From positions 1,665-65,664 of the forward strand of contig JAZUIL010000143.1 of assembly GCA_045642245.1 (NCBI GenBank): a DNA stretch of 64,000 nucleotides. The letters are read 5' to 3'. Numbering within the stretch: the stretch's first letter is position 1; every line of letters starts with the position of its first letter. Position numbers and translations under genes: made by a program. The notes beneath the pieces are model-generated. The model saw only the letters and a list, made by a program, of their open reading frames with translations. It searched no databases and had not been told where the DNA came from. Shown here one piece after another: positions 27,876 to 36,835 of this stretch. The DNA comes from Bacteroidales bacterium (GTDB lineage Bacteria > Bacteroidota > Bacteroidia > Bacteroidales > UBA3663).

Positions 27876-30380
27876 TCAGTCTTTCTTAGGAATAAAATTG
27901 ACAGCAATACATCCAATAATGATCAGATACATAGCAATGACAAAAGCCATAGAAAGCATATTTCCTTTCTCTACCGACTCAGGACGGAACTCAAATCGGA
28001 TATGATGTTGGCCTGCAGGAACATTGAGAGCACGCAACAGATAGTTAACCCGGAAATGATCTGTCGGTTCTCCGTCAATGAGAGCCTTCCATCCATGTGG
28101 ATAATAGATCTCACTGAATACGATAGTACCATCCTCAGTAGACTTTGCATCATATTCGATATACTCTGGAGTATATTTAGTGAGCTCTACAGTTGCTGTG
28201 CTATCCTTCGTATTTACAATCTGGGCAAACTCCGGATATCCATTCAGATTCTGCGCAAATTCTTTATCGAGAACCGCTGTGGTATGAAGATCATATTCCA
28301 TCAAACCATCACATTCCTGATTTGGAGTATCTACAACTACGAGTGTATCAACATACCATGCATTACCCATTGCATTAGGATTTTGTTGTACTCCAATCTC
28401 TCCACTCTGCTGATCTTTGAAGATAAGATACTTTGTATTAAGCATATCGATGACAGGCCAGTGCATTTTACTAAGATGCTCATCGATAAGATCCTGATAA
28501 CGACGGAGCTTTGCTGCACTATATCCTCCAATAGATTTCAAACGATATGAAGTACGAGCATCATTGAAGGTACTAACTGCCAGATTCATTACACGGAAAT
28601 TTGGATCCTTATCATTGTCAAGGATCTGTTTCTCCCACGGCTGCATTTTGAAAGCCTGCTCAAACGAATTGCCCTTTGAGAACATTTCATCGTTCATATA
28701 TCTTTTATCGACTGGCCACATATCACACAGAACGAGTGCTCCCAATACAAGAGCCACTATTCCTGTACCTTTCATCTTATACATCTTCATATATACAACG
28801 AGGAAGACAAGTGCACACAATACAAAGCCCAAAGAACGGAACAAATCAGCATGGAACATTGCTTCACGTTGAAGAACAATACCATCACTCAACCACTCTG
28901 GCAATTGTGAGAACATGGCCTCATCATTAGGGCTCACAAATCCAGAAGTTGTGAAATATGCAACTAGAAGAAGTCCTGTAATAATAGCACCAGCAATACC
29001 CAACTGACGAATCATATTCTTGACATCTGAGCTAGCATTATATAGATCAACTGAACCATTTGACTTTTCAATAGCCTCATTCTTAACTTCACAAAGTCTC
29101 TTTAATGCCAAGAAACCGAGCAATGGCATAGTAACCTCAGCTATTACAAGAATAGAAGATACGGCACGGAACTTATTATACATCGGCACTACGTCGAAGA
29201 ACAATTTGGTCAATGACATCCAGTTATGACCCCATGATAACATTACAGAAAGAATGGTCACACCAAGTATTGCCCATTTATATGGACCTTTAACTATCAA
29301 TAGGCCAAGTACAAAGAGAAGACAGACAATAGAACCCATATAGACAGGGCCTGCAGTAAATGGCTGTGTTCCCCAATAAGTTGGCAAACTCTGGCAAAAC
29401 TGCTCGGCCTGCTTGCGCTGCACTCCTTGTTTTACCATCATGTCAAAGAGTTCACTATCCTTACCAACGTTATAGTTTGATGAACCTCCCATATAATCAG
29501 GAATAAGGAAAGTCCAGCATTCATCAATGCCATAACTCCAAGCAGTAGCATAGTCAAGATCCAGACCTTTTGTCTTATTTTCATTATCTGTCTCCTTAGC
29601 AAGGTCAGAACCACCGCCTCGCATAGTCTCTTCAGCATACTCGAGATTGGTAAATGTAGAGCCTGTACCCGTACCAAGACCGATACCGAATGCAGCTACG
29701 AAAAGCAAAGTACTTATTCCAAAAGCCTTCCATGATTTATGAGTAATTGCATTCCAGAGTTCAGCCAACCAGAAGAAGCCAATGATAAAACACATATAGT
29801 ACGACATCTGCGGATGTGGGAAGAATCCGACAGCAGAACAGATCATCGTGAGGCAAATTCCTGTCTTTTTATGTCCATGGAAAATCAGATAGAATCCAGC
29901 TATGACTGCAGCCATTAACGCTAAGGTAGAAGTCTTACTATGATGATTTGCTCCAATAATTATGAAGAAATATGACGAGAAAGCAATCGCTAATGCACCA
30001 ACGATACTCAGCAACTTATCGACCTTCATACTGCGGAGCAAAGCAAAGAACCCAAGACAATATAGCAGAACAATGGCAATGACATTGCTATGTCCCCACA
30101 AAAGTACTTCTCGGATAGGCTGCATCCAATTCTGTGCAGTAAAACGTCCTCCACCTATCTGGTAATTCGGCATACCTGAAAACATAGAACCAGTCCACCA
30201 AGTACGATTACCTGTCTGCTGATAATACTCTACAGCTTCTTGAACAGCGGCTCGACCTTGAACGCCATCGGATGTAGCAATGACTTTCCCATCAAGAACT
30301 GGCGACATATAGACGCACGATACAACGGCAAAGACAATAATGGCCACAAGGTAAGGCCAGAATTTTTTAATGTAATTCAT
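27876..30380 (-). CDS. YfhO family polytopic membrane protein (putative extracytoplasmic glycosyltransferase)
   Basis: 834 aa with more than 12 TM helices in the N-terminal two thirds, a large C-terminal soluble domain and a final TM helix. The overall architecture and N-terminus (MNYIKKFWPYLVAIIVF...SPVLDGKVI) are typical of Bacteroidetes YfhO proteins. Confidence 0.65.
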   Translation of the reverse strand: MNYIKKFWPYLVAIIVFAVVSCVYMSPVLDGKVIATSDGVQGRAAVQEAVEYYQQTGNRTWWTGSMFSGMPNYQIGGGRFTAQNWMQPIREVLLWGHSNVIAIVLLYCLGFFALLRSMKVDKLLSIVGALAIAFSSYFFIIIGANHHSKTSTLALMAAVIAGFYLIFHGHKKTGICLTMICSAVGFFPHPQMSYYMCFIIGFFWLAELWNAITHKSWKAFGISTLLFVAAFGIGLGTGTGSTFTNLEYAEETMRGGGSDLAKETDNENKTKGLDLDYATAWSYGIDECWTFLIPDYMGGSSNYNVGKDSELFDMMVKQGVQRKQAEQFCQSLPTYWGTQPFTAGPVYMGSIVCLLFVLGLLIVKGPYKWAILGVTILSVMLSWGHNWMSLTKLFFDVVPMYNKFRAVSSILVIAEVTMPLLGFLALKRLCEVKNEAIEKSNGSVDLYNASSDVKNMIRQLGIAGAIITGLLLVAYFTTSGFVSPNDEAMFSQLPEWLSDGIVLQREAMFHADLFRSLGFVLCALVFLVVYMKMYKMKGTGIVALVLGALVLCDMWPVDKRYMNDEMFSKGNSFEQAFKMQPWEKQILDNDKDPNFRVMNLAVSTFNDARTSYRLKSIGGYSAAKLRRYQDLIDEHLSKMHWPVIDMLNTKYLIFKDQQSGEIGVQQNPNAMGNAWYVDTLVVVDTPNQECDGLMEYDLHTTAVLDKEFAQNLNGYPEFAQIVNTKDSTATVELTKYTPEYIEYDAKSTEDGTIVFSEIYYPHGWKALIDGEPTDHFRVNYLLRALNVPAGQHHIRFEFRPESVEKGNMLSMAFVIAMYLIIIGCIAVNFIPKKD

Positions 30381-30419
30381 ATATAATTTATTATTATTTC
30401 GTACGAAAATAGAGCAGTT

Positions 30420-31250
30420 TTACCTGAAGAACTCTAAGATAGCTTGAGCCGGACCTTTCTTAAACCATATATACCACATGACAAGATTATACTGTTCCAA
30501 TGAAAGATGAGAATATTGAGGATCCTTTATCATTGCCCTATAATCTCGTATCAAAGCATTCAGACTCAACATACGTTCTTTATATCGATTCGGATTGTGT
30601 CCTGTCGTTAAAGATTCTTCTCTGACATTATATATATATAAAGGTATATCAACACATGCTATACTCTCGGCCAAAAGCAAAGCTTTAATTAAAAAATTTG
30701 TATCTTCACTATTACGTTGATTTGGGAATAGCAAATGGTTAGAAAGTAAGAAATCCCTACGATAAAGAAAACACACCGAAAAAGTCACAAATCTTCTTAA
30801 GAACTCTTTTTTCAAAGGTGGTTCAAACCTACCAGCTGGTAATACAGGATTGCGATGAACCTCTCCATCTCGTTTTCCTCCTTTATATTTCAGCTGGCAA
30901 TAGGTCAAATCATATGCTACCCCTTTTTTTTCAGAAAGTTGTAGATGCTGAGTCAAGAATTCAGGGGCCCAAACATCATCACTATCAAGAAATGCAACAT
31001 ATTCCCCCTTTGCCTCTGCAATTCCGATATTTCGAGCTACTCCTGGTCCTGAATTTTTCGGAGTCTCAAGGAATCGGAATCTGGCATCCTCGTCAACCAT
31101 ATCTTTTGCTATGGCCATACTATTGTCCTGTCCATGATCATCAACCAGTAGCACCTCAAAGTCCTGCATCGTCTGAAGCAAAAGACTTTGAAGCGTATCC
31201 GCAATGTATAAAGCGGCATTATATACCGGTATGATCACACTGACTTTCAT
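30420..31250 (-). CDS. Glycosyltransferase family 2
   Basis: 276 aa with MKVSVIIPVYNAALYI, LLVDDHGQDNS and the DXD motif AFLDSDDVW. Confidence 0.85.
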   Translation of the reverse strand: MKVSVIIPVYNAALYIADTLQSLLLQTMQDFEVLLVDDHGQDNSMAIAKDMVDEDARFRFLETPKNSGPGVARNIGIAEAKGEYVAFLDSDDVWAPEFLTQHLQLSEKKGVAYDLTYCQLKYKGGKRDGEVHRNPVLPAGRFEPPLKKEFLRRFVTFSVCFLYRRDFLLSNHLLFPNQRNSEDTNFLIKALLLAESIACVDIPLYIYNVREESLTTGHNPNRYKERMLSLNALIRDYRAMIKDPQYSHLSLEQYNLVMWYIWFKKGPAQAILEFFR

Positions 31251-32053
31251 TAGAACTTCCTTTTCAATTTATTAGGCCAATTTGCTATACGCTGAGGCAC
31301 TTTAACACACCATCTTAGCATTTCATCAAACATAAATCCCATGCGTTGAAATGGTCCAAAAAATGGACGTCTCAATCCCCGAATCGCATATGCACTATCT
31401 ATGATTGAATTGATTCTTTGCCTATGATCTACATCCTTACGATCATTACCCTCAAAGAGTCGAGTAAGGAATGAGACCTTATAAAGACGTGCGAACCAGG
31501 TATGAAGGCATATCTGGACCTCCCCTACCTCATTAAAGAGCTTAGTGGTAATAGTATCTTCATGTCGCTGGTTCTCGAGATAGAGAGTACGGTCCGGAAA
31601 GGTCTTTACTATCCAATGAAAGAAATTATAATAGGGTTCTATTCCTTTATAATTATCCTTCTTCAATTCTGGAATCAATCGATAAGCGTTCCATGACTTA
31701 CGGATTTCATGGAGATTAAAGATATTGAAGAATGGATTGGTTACCGTAGGATCTCCTTTACGAGGAACTCCTTGTCCGGCATCACTGCAACCTGCATTTA
31801 CCCACTTCTCATCTTCAACTTTTTTAGCCAAAGCAAGGACTGCATCCAGATCTGTAATAAAACAGTCTTCATCGACATTTATGGCAATATCACAATCCTC
31901 ATCTTCGAGCATCGTAAAGAAATAGCCATCAGCCGTCTGATCTGTCAATCGGACACAAGGATAACCAGCCTGCTCATATAAACCTTTACTGAGTAGGTAT
32001 AGTTCCTTATTAAAAGAACGACAATAGAACTTTATGCGAGATGTTCGAGACAT
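31250..32053 (-). CDS. Hypothetical protein, possible DXD-type transferase
   Basis: 267 aa with no family I recognise. It has an acidic DXD-like stretch (AINVDEDCFITD) and a basic amphipathic C-terminus. It overlaps both neighbours (1 nt and 22 nt). Confidence 0.45.
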   Translation of the reverse strand: MSRTSRIKFYCRSFNKELYLLSKGLYEQAGYPCVRLTDQTADGYFFTMLEDEDCDIAINVDEDCFITDLDAVLALAKKVEDEKWVNAGCSDAGQGVPRKGDPTVTNPFFNIFNLHEIRKSWNAYRLIPELKKDNYKGIEPYYNFFHWIVKTFPDRTLYLENQRHEDTITTKLFNEVGEVQICLHTWFARLYKVSFLTRLFEGNDRKDVDHRQRINSIIDSAYAIRGLRRPFFGPFQRMGFMFDEMLRWCVKVPQRIANWPNKLKRKF

Positions 32054-33102
32054 TGACTAATTCTTTGCTTAAATGTATGTTGTGATGTAATCAGTTCAAG
32101 TGCAGCTTTTGCATGAGAACTTTTATCATGCTGCAATGCTTCATCAATACATGCGAATAGAGAATCAAATTTATGCTCCTCACCCTCTGGCATATTAACA
32201 TGATATAGGCCAATCTCTCCATTGGGAAATAGTCTTTCAATATATGGGTTAGAATCGCACACCTGATAGCTACCCGTCGCAGCAATCTCATACACCTTTG
32301 GATTAGCCCCATCTTTCTGCTGCTCATGATGCATATTCAGTACAATGCGGGCTTTATTATAATCCTCATTCAATTGCTTCCCCGTAGCATTTCGGTTCAT
32401 ATAAACATCCTTCCTTTCGCGAGTCAACCACTTCCAAGGATTCTTGTACCATGGTTTATATTCTCCCCATACCCTAATCTTCAGAGATGGATAATGAGCG
32501 ACAACCGCTTGAATAATATCTCTACGTCGATGACTATGAAAAATATCTCCGGCAAAAACAATATCATATTCCTTATTTGAATTCATCGGATAATAAATCT
32601 CTGTATCAACTGCCTGAGGGAGGAAAAATGCATCGACTCCAAATCTTTCTTTAATCAATGGGATGTCCGTCTGTTCATAACAGAATACCGCATCAACGGC
32701 AGGAATACATTCTTCACATAATGGAATATGCGTCATACTGTCAAAGAACCACAAAGCTACCTTTGCTGGTTTAAGCACCGGATCTGGATCATCTTCTAAC
32801 TTACCTCTCCAATGTAAAACAGTATCAGATAAAAGCATATCTCCATTCATCACAAATACTACATCCGGTTCGAATTCCTCAAATGCCAGTTCCGCTTCTA
32901 AATGAAACAAAGCACGAGATTCTTTCTTCATCTGGAGTTTATCGCTTGCCAGTTTATATCGGATTTTGTTATCAAAAGTATATGGATGAACAGGATTATC
33001 ATAGGCTAAAACACGAGTTTCGTATCCAAGAGCACAAAAAGCCCTTTCAACACTTTGGTTGAAATAATGAAACTTCGGACCTATAATTAATGCTTTCATC
33101 AT
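32032..33102 (-). CDS. CgeB-like / DUF3880-type glycosyltransferase family protein
   Basis: 356 aa. N-terminus MMKALIIGPKFHYFNQS. The C-terminal segment IVLNMHHEQQKDGANPKVYEIAATGSYQVCD resembles the CgeB/Glyco_trans_1_2 family. Confidence 0.5.
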   Translation of the reverse strand: MMKALIIGPKFHYFNQSVERAFCALGYETRVLAYDNPVHPYTFDNKIRYKLASDKLQMKKESRALFHLEAELAFEEFEPDVVFVMNGDMLLSDTVLHWRGKLEDDPDPVLKPAKVALWFFDSMTHIPLCEECIPAVDAVFCYEQTDIPLIKERFGVDAFFLPQAVDTEIYYPMNSNKEYDIVFAGDIFHSHRRRDIIQAVVAHYPSLKIRVWGEYKPWYKNPWKWLTRERKDVYMNRNATGKQLNEDYNKARIVLNMHHEQQKDGANPKVYEIAATGSYQVCDSNPYIERLFPNGEIGLYHVNMPEGEEHKFDSLFACIDEALQHDKSSHAKAALELITSQHTFKQRISQCLEHLA

Positions 33103-33158
33103 AATAATCTCTGATCAGTCACTTATAGTTTATGTTCTTTAATCAACAGTTGTTAGAA

Positions 33159-33980
33159 TCAAAAACACTTCACATCATCCAGATTCACCGCAGCATACTG
33201 AACATGCTGGCGACGCTGTTTCTCGTTAGGCAACTTCATATAATCGCCGTATATATCTGACAATCGCTTATGGATATCCTTCGGAGCAAAAACCTTGAGT
33301 CCCTCAAATTCTACTTCCTGTAGCGGGAAAAGGTAGTCCGTATCATATGGTTTTCCATTGCCATAAGTCTCCGGGGTCGGACTCAGTCGTTTTTTGTTTT
33401 TAGGAATACACTTCCAGAGTCCCTTGAATATCACATATTGAATAGGATACCAGAAATAGCAAATGATATTATGGAAATTCAGCTGCGGATTATATTTGAA
33501 GAAATTATAGGCAAACGAAACTCTTCGCATAATATAACGCCAAGGTTTGTACGCCATCTTAGGTTGCTCTACAAACTCAAAGATATCAATGAAGATTCCT
33601 TTATGGCAAGGCTTACGAAAATCCTGGAAGTTGAAGATAAACAACGAATGATTATCTCGGACGCGAAGATTTCCTCGACCCACTTCAGAAGTTGGATCAC
33701 TTTGACGTGTCTGCAAGAAATAATCCTGGCACAGTTCCGTCTTAGCAATCTCAATAAATTTACGATAATCCTCGCTCGGCATATCTATATCCAGATCATC
33801 GTCCCATGGAATGAACCTCCCCTGATGACGCTTATAGCCAAGGAGCGTTCCATAGTCAATCCAATAACGGAGTTGATGCTTACGACAGATACGGTCTACT
33901 TCCGAAAGGAGCTCTACAGCACGTAACTGCACCTTACGGAGGTTAGAACCATCCTGTCCATATTGATATAAATCTTCCAT
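33159..33980 (-). CDS. LicD family phospho-alcohol (CDP-alcohol dependent) transferase
   Basis: 273 aa with the LicD core YWIDYGTLLGYKRHQGRFIPWDDDLDIDM. Confidence 0.8.
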   Translation of the reverse strand: MEDLYQYGQDGSNLRKVQLRAVELLSEVDRICRKHQLRYWIDYGTLLGYKRHQGRFIPWDDDLDIDMPSEDYRKFIEIAKTELCQDYFLQTRQSDPTSEVGRGNLRVRDNHSLFIFNFQDFRKPCHKGIFIDIFEFVEQPKMAYKPWRYIMRRVSFAYNFFKYNPQLNFHNIICYFWYPIQYVIFKGLWKCIPKNKKRLSPTPETYGNGKPYDTDYLFPLQEVEFEGLKVFAPKDIHKRLSDIYGDYMKLPNEKQRRQHVQYAAVNLDDVKCF

Positions 33981-34987
33981 TACTTCTTTAATTTACTCAT
34001 TCCCCACGAAAATACTTCATTGATATTTGGTGTACTTACATTATATTCTCTGGCCAAATCTACAATGTATTTCAGACCGAATGGGAAATCCTCTGTAAAA
34101 TATCGGTTTTCAAAATCCGGGATCCAACGGCCATCCGATTGTTGCTTCATCGGAGCAACAATATTCTGAAAAGCTTGAATACTACTTAATTTAGCTGCCA
34201 AAGATTCTGCATCATGACTCTCATAATATTCAAGTAGACTTGGAATTGAATCCGGATTCATCGGCAAATGCCTTAACAGATCTTTGAACTCATTATCCAT
34301 TCGGATTAACCATTCTGCAGCATCGACCGTCCATTCTTTATAGAATAAAAAACAACGATCATACGATTCTCCTTTCCAATCATGCCAAAGGCTATATAAT
34401 CTTCCGGTATGAAGGATCGGATTACTATTTGTCAAAGATACTTCAAGATAATTTGACAATAGTTTCACAGGCGTAGCAAAAAGAGTTTCTATCTGTTTGC
34501 AGAAATCCTCTTTATCTTGTATCCCCTCTGTTGCTATAGCCAATAATGGTTTGTACCCAAGCAAATTTGCAGTACTTCCATATTCAGAAATACGAGCAAT
34601 GAACGGTGCACGCTGGAATCCAAATAGCTTTGTACCATGAGACAATACTCTATGTGCGACGAAAAAGAAACCTGTGTTACATACAACTGATCCAACTATA
34701 GTTTCAGAATTCAAATATGGTTTGATCTGTAATAACGTCTTTTCGATCAAGAAGCCAGGCAAACAGAGTAAAACAATATCAGAAAGTGGTATGATCATGG
34801 AAGGATCAGAGGTGATTGTTTGTAATCTTCCCTCAAAGACTTTTCCATGTACATCAGTCACGTATATCGTCGAATTCCACTTCTCTAATCGTTGTGTAAG
34901 CAAAGATACTTCCACACCTTCAATCTGAGAAAGGACTCCTATACATACATGACCTAATGAACCACCTCCACATATTGTTATTCTCAT
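33980..34987 (-). CDS. NAD(P)-dependent oxidoreductase, octopine/nopaline dehydrogenase / glycerol-3-P dehydrogenase-like
   Basis: 335 aa with a Rossmann N-terminus MRITICGGGSLGHVCIGVL and the helical-domain motif NSNPILHTGRLY. Confidence 0.6.
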   Translation of the reverse strand: MRITICGGGSLGHVCIGVLSQIEGVEVSLLTQRLEKWNSTIYVTDVHGKVFEGRLQTITSDPSMIIPLSDIVLLCLPGFLIEKTLLQIKPYLNSETIVGSVVCNTGFFFVAHRVLSHGTKLFGFQRAPFIARISEYGSTANLLGYKPLLAIATEGIQDKEDFCKQIETLFATPVKLLSNYLEVSLTNSNPILHTGRLYSLWHDWKGESYDRCFLFYKEWTVDAAEWLIRMDNEFKDLLRHLPMNPDSIPSLLEYYESHDAESLAAKLSSIQAFQNIVAPMKQQSDGRWIPDFENRYFTEDFPFGLKYIVDLAREYNVSTPNINEVFSWGMSKLKK

Positions 34988-34989
34988 GA

Positions 34990-36810
34990 CTACATTAATG
35001 CTTTAAAACCTGCAATAAGTCTTGCGTTATCCTCATGGCTTCTTACAGCAATACGCATATATTGTTTCTGTCCATCAAAACCCTTTTTATCCGAACAATC
35101 GCGAGTCAGGATATTAAAACGCTTCAACATTGTAAGGACAAGCATATTTGCATTCATCGGAGGCAAGATCTCACACAAGAAATAATTGGCTTGAGATGGC
35201 ATTACACGAAGGAATGATATCTCATGCAACTGACGTTCAAAGTCTTCTCTCTCTGCAATGAACTTATCACAAGCACGCTTGTAATCCTTCTCATATTTAT
35301 TAAATATCTGCATGAAGAACTCTGCAAATGAGTTGATGTTCCAGATACTGACCATCTTCTTCATCTTGACAATGATCTCCTTATCTGCAGTGCATAGTAT
35401 ACCTAAACGTATGCCAGGAACGCCATAGCTCTTCGAAATACTCTTCATTACAACGAGATGTGGATACTGCTCAAGAATCTCATTGTGAAGTAATGTATTA
35501 TTCTCATAGCCAACGCTAAAATCGACAAAACTTTCATCAATAATCAAGCGGATTCCTCTTTCTTCACTCCATGCTGCCAGTTTGAGCACATCAGCAAATG
35601 GAATAAAATTGCCAGAAGGATTGTCCGGATTAATAATCAGAAGATTGTCTGCTGAATGCAGCCCAAAATATTCAATCAAATCATCCGCAGAATACCGGAA
35701 ATCTTCATTCTGTGGGACAAAAGTCACAAGGTTTTCCGTATCACGACGGTTTGGATACTCCTCAAAAGTTGGACGAACAATACCTAAAGTACCAGGGAGA
35801 AGTTCCATCAAGGCTTTGATCAACTCTGCTGCGCCATTACCTGGGATAATATATTCTTCCTTGATCCCCCAGCACTTACTTGCAAGCAATGTATTAACCT
35901 TCATACCTGAAGGATACTCCGCTATCAAGGTACGGAAATTTGCCTCTATCTCATCAATGATTCGCGACTCATTAAAATAGGGATTAACCAGATAACAATA
36001 GTCAAGCATCTGAGGAAAACGCCAGAAACCACCATAGCGTCCATAATATTTACGAAGAATATCTTTTTCCTCTGCAAAAAGAGCCTCAGCAATGTCCAAA
36101 TCCTGCTTATCATCAATCTCATACCACTTCAGATTGCCAATTGGCAATGCTTTCAGATCATGGCTATTAAGGAAAGTAATAATACGCAAGACATTCTCGT
36201 AGTATTCATTATTACCGACAGACTTTGAATAGGCTTCAAGGAATGGCACATACTTCGAACTAGAAAATTCTTTTGAGAACTTATAGATGTTGACTGTCTT
36301 ATAATACTCATCAACATTATGATAATTGAATGCCGCCTTAGGGATAAAGTTCACAATATTCTTTTCGCTATCGATGCAAACCATCGTTCCATCCATCCAT
36401 GTCTCATATTTTGCAACAAGCGCAAGATTTGGGAATGGATTATCGACAAGAAGATCTAACATACCATCTTCAAAAATCAGATCCGACTCAAGAAGTAAGG
36501 TATCTTCCTCCTGCATCTTATCCTTAGCTAATGCTAAAGAATAAATATTATTTGTCTTATCATAGATTGGATTAACGATGTATTCTATCTTCAGGCCATT
36601 ATATTCATTCCCTAGATAGTCCATAAGTTTCTGACCTTCGTAACCCACAACAATTACAACACGGGTCAGAGATAAACGAGACAGCTGACTTAAGGCTCTG
36701 TCAATGAGTTTTGTTCCGTTGACAGGCACCATGCATTTGGTATTTGACTCGGTGTATTCACCAAGTCTTTTACCCATACCTGCTGCCAATATGATTGCTT
36801 GCATATTCAA
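34990..36810 (-). CDS. Fusion protein: N-terminal nucleotidyltransferase (LicC/sugar-phosphate NTP-transferase-like) plus C-terminal class I/II PLP-fold enzyme (HisC/CobD-like)
   Basis: 606 aa. N-terminus MNMQAIILAAGMGKRLG...VPVNG. The C-terminal half carries the PLP-lysine motif VMKSISKSYGVPGIRLGIL. Confidence 0.75.
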   Translation of the reverse strand: MNMQAIILAAGMGKRLGEYTESNTKCMVPVNGTKLIDRALSQLSRLSLTRVVIVVGYEGQKLMDYLGNEYNGLKIEYIVNPIYDKTNNIYSLALAKDKMQEEDTLLLESDLIFEDGMLDLLVDNPFPNLALVAKYETWMDGTMVCIDSEKNIVNFIPKAAFNYHNVDEYYKTVNIYKFSKEFSSSKYVPFLEAYSKSVGNNEYYENVLRIITFLNSHDLKALPIGNLKWYEIDDKQDLDIAEALFAEEKDILRKYYGRYGGFWRFPQMLDYCYLVNPYFNESRIIDEIEANFRTLIAEYPSGMKVNTLLASKCWGIKEEYIIPGNGAAELIKALMELLPGTLGIVRPTFEEYPNRRDTENLVTFVPQNEDFRYSADDLIEYFGLHSADNLLIINPDNPSGNFIPFADVLKLAAWSEERGIRLIIDESFVDFSVGYENNTLLHNEILEQYPHLVVMKSISKSYGVPGIRLGILCTADKEIIVKMKKMVSIWNINSFAEFFMQIFNKYEKDYKRACDKFIAEREDFERQLHEISFLRVMPSQANYFLCEILPPMNANMLVLTMLKRFNILTRDCSDKKGFDGQKQYMRIAVRSHEDNARLIAGFKALM

Positions 36811-36835
36811 TTTGATTTATTAAAGATTGTATCTA

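Noticed and set aside
28002-28550. 182-aa ORF antisense to yfhO, and similar ORFs (33438..33926 in licD, 35582..35980 and 38003..38440 in neighbouring genes)
   Set aside because: These are AT-rich shadow ORFs opposite well-supported genes, with Ile/Leu/Ser-rich nonsense-like sequences.
30924-30931. T8 (A8G4 on the coding strand) homopolymer inside the GT2 gene as a phase-variation switch. Similar A/T8-9 tracts occur at 10524-10532, 54777-54784 and 55506-55514.
   Set aside because: The tracts are short and expected by chance in AT-rich DNA encoding Lys/Phe runs. All genes are in frame and there is no evidence of slippage from a single sequence.
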